Shown: positions 63,307-64,000 of the stretch, piece by piece
Layout of the letters: each line of letters opens with the position of its first letter
Numbering within the stretch: the stretch's first letter is position 1
Virus record (IMG/VR): IMGVR_UViG_3300030102_003916
Coordinates: 1-64,000 of that record
DNA length: 64,000 bases
Direction: 5' to 3' (one strand)
Source of the DNA: an uncultured virus (IMG/VR IMGVR_UViG_3300030102_003916)
Taxonomy: Duplodnaviria; Heunggongvirae; Uroviricota; Caudoviricetes; Kyanoviridae
Notes under the pieces: model-generated
What the model saw: only the letters and a program-made list of their open reading frames with translations
Database searches by the model: none
Told to the model about the DNA's origin: nothing
Translations under genes and position numbers: made by a program

Positions 63307-63684
63307 CTACCCTATAATCCCGCCGACGCTTTCAAGCAATTCCAATGCGTTCTCAACGTCTGCATGAGTTTCTGGTTGAGACAGGACACCATTGTACCTT
63401 CTGACCATCTCCAGACCCTCTGTCGTGTTCGACAAGTCCTCTAGGCCGTTAATGATGTTCAGTATCTTGGTAATCTCCTCGGTGTCCGAATACACGTTCT
63501 TGACTTCTATGCCTTTGTCGTTCAAGGCTCGTGACACTCCTGCTTTGATTACGGGTATCCTCAATTCTGGTCTGATAATGTAACCACATTTGCGCTCTGT
63601 GGTTTGAACGCACTTGATACCCCCTCTTATCGACGATGCGAGGATGATTACATCACGATCATTCTGATTCAGTATCTTCGACAT
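63307..63684 (-). CDS. Hypothetical protein, possibly degenerate LAGLIDADG-fold DNA-binding protein
   Basis: RBS GGAGGAG; KCGYIIRPELRI strand resembles LAGLIDADG beta-hairpins. Confidence 0.5.
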   Translation of the reverse strand: MSKILNQNDRDVIILASSIRGGIKCVQTTERKCGYIIRPELRIPVIKAGVSRALNDKGIEVKNVYSDTEEITKILNIINGLEDLSNTTEGLEMVRRYNGVLSQPETHADVENALELLESVGGIIG

Positions 63685-64000
63685 ATCCAATCTCCTCCAC
63701 ACCCATGCACTCTGAAATCCCTGCATCGGTCTTGATGCCCGTTATCGTACCCATGACATACGCGCCTATGTCTCCCCATCCTGATGACAATATATCCACC
63801 GTGACGAACAAAGGCGTGTCAATCTTGATTGCCTCGCCATCAATCATCTTGTATGACGCACAGTAATTGTTGAAGTCAAAGTCACTCTCCATCTCACAGA
63901 CAGGATAGTAATCGAAACCATCTCTCACTCCAAGTTTCCATAACTTCCTCGGCGCACCTCCTGTCGTCGAATCAACGACTCGACCAGATAGCACACGGAG
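63659..64000 (-). CDS. C-terminal OB-like domain of an ATP-dependent DNA ligase homolog (5'-truncated)
   Basis: Frame open to the window end; WKLGVRD...YYPV, PLFVTVDI and GIKTDAGISECMGVEEI echo the ligase OB domain and motif VI. Confidence 0.5.
   Translation of the reverse strand, partial: LRVLSGRVVDSTTGGAPRKLWKLGVRDGFDYYPVCEMESDFDFNNYCASYKMIDGEAIKIDTPLFVTVDILSSGWGDIGAYVMGTITGIKTDAGISECMGVEEIGYVEDTESE

Larger units (their letters stand above)
1..64000. mobile_element. Segment of a tailed archaeal virus genome (Magrovirus-like, siphovirus-type Caudoviricetes)
   Basis: Terminase-portal-protease-MCP-tail genes on +; archaeal-type primase, ERCC4 nuclease and MCM-like helicase on -; GGTGA/GGAGG ribosome-binding sites; tightly overlapping genes; no cellular housekeeping genes. 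The Magrovirus assignment is inferred from gene content. Confidence 0.85.

Overview
This window is about 64 kb of a tailed archaeal virus genome (class Caudoviricetes). Gene content and order best fit a Magrovirus-like virus of Marine Group II Euryarchaeota (Poseidoniales), related to the large haloarchaeal head-tail viruses. That assignment comes from motif recognition, not a database search. The + strand (1-54795) is a morphogenesis region: large terminase, a LAGLIDADG-like protein, portal, a cluster of small basic or Cys-rich head-associated proteins, a large protein with a degenerate DNA-ligase domain, prohead protease/scaffold, HK97-type major capsid protein, decoration and adaptor proteins, a very large neck/fibre protein, tail tube, tail assembly chaperone, short tape measure and two giant tail-tip proteins. 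No tail sheath gene was recognised. The - strand (54785-64000) is an archaeal-type replication/recombination region: degenerate exonuclease, MCM-like helicase, ERCC4/XPF nuclease, fused PriS-PriL primase, Cas4/AddB-like nuclease, RecA/Sak4-like ATPase, putative RPA-like SSB and a truncated ligase-like OB domain. Four 10-N scaffold gaps are present, and three of them artificially split giant ORFs. The most notable observations are: (1) a shared F-x-x-A-W-x-x-x-K leader plus many hydrophobic-x-K|A/S sites in unrelated head proteins, suggesting a capsid-targeting and proteolytic maturation system; (2) a ligase-derived domain bracketed by such sites; (3) a -1 frameshift signal in the tail chaperone; (4) a candidate promoter motif at similar spacing upstream of seven structural genes; (5) a tail-terminator-like domain fused to a ~3500-aa fibre.
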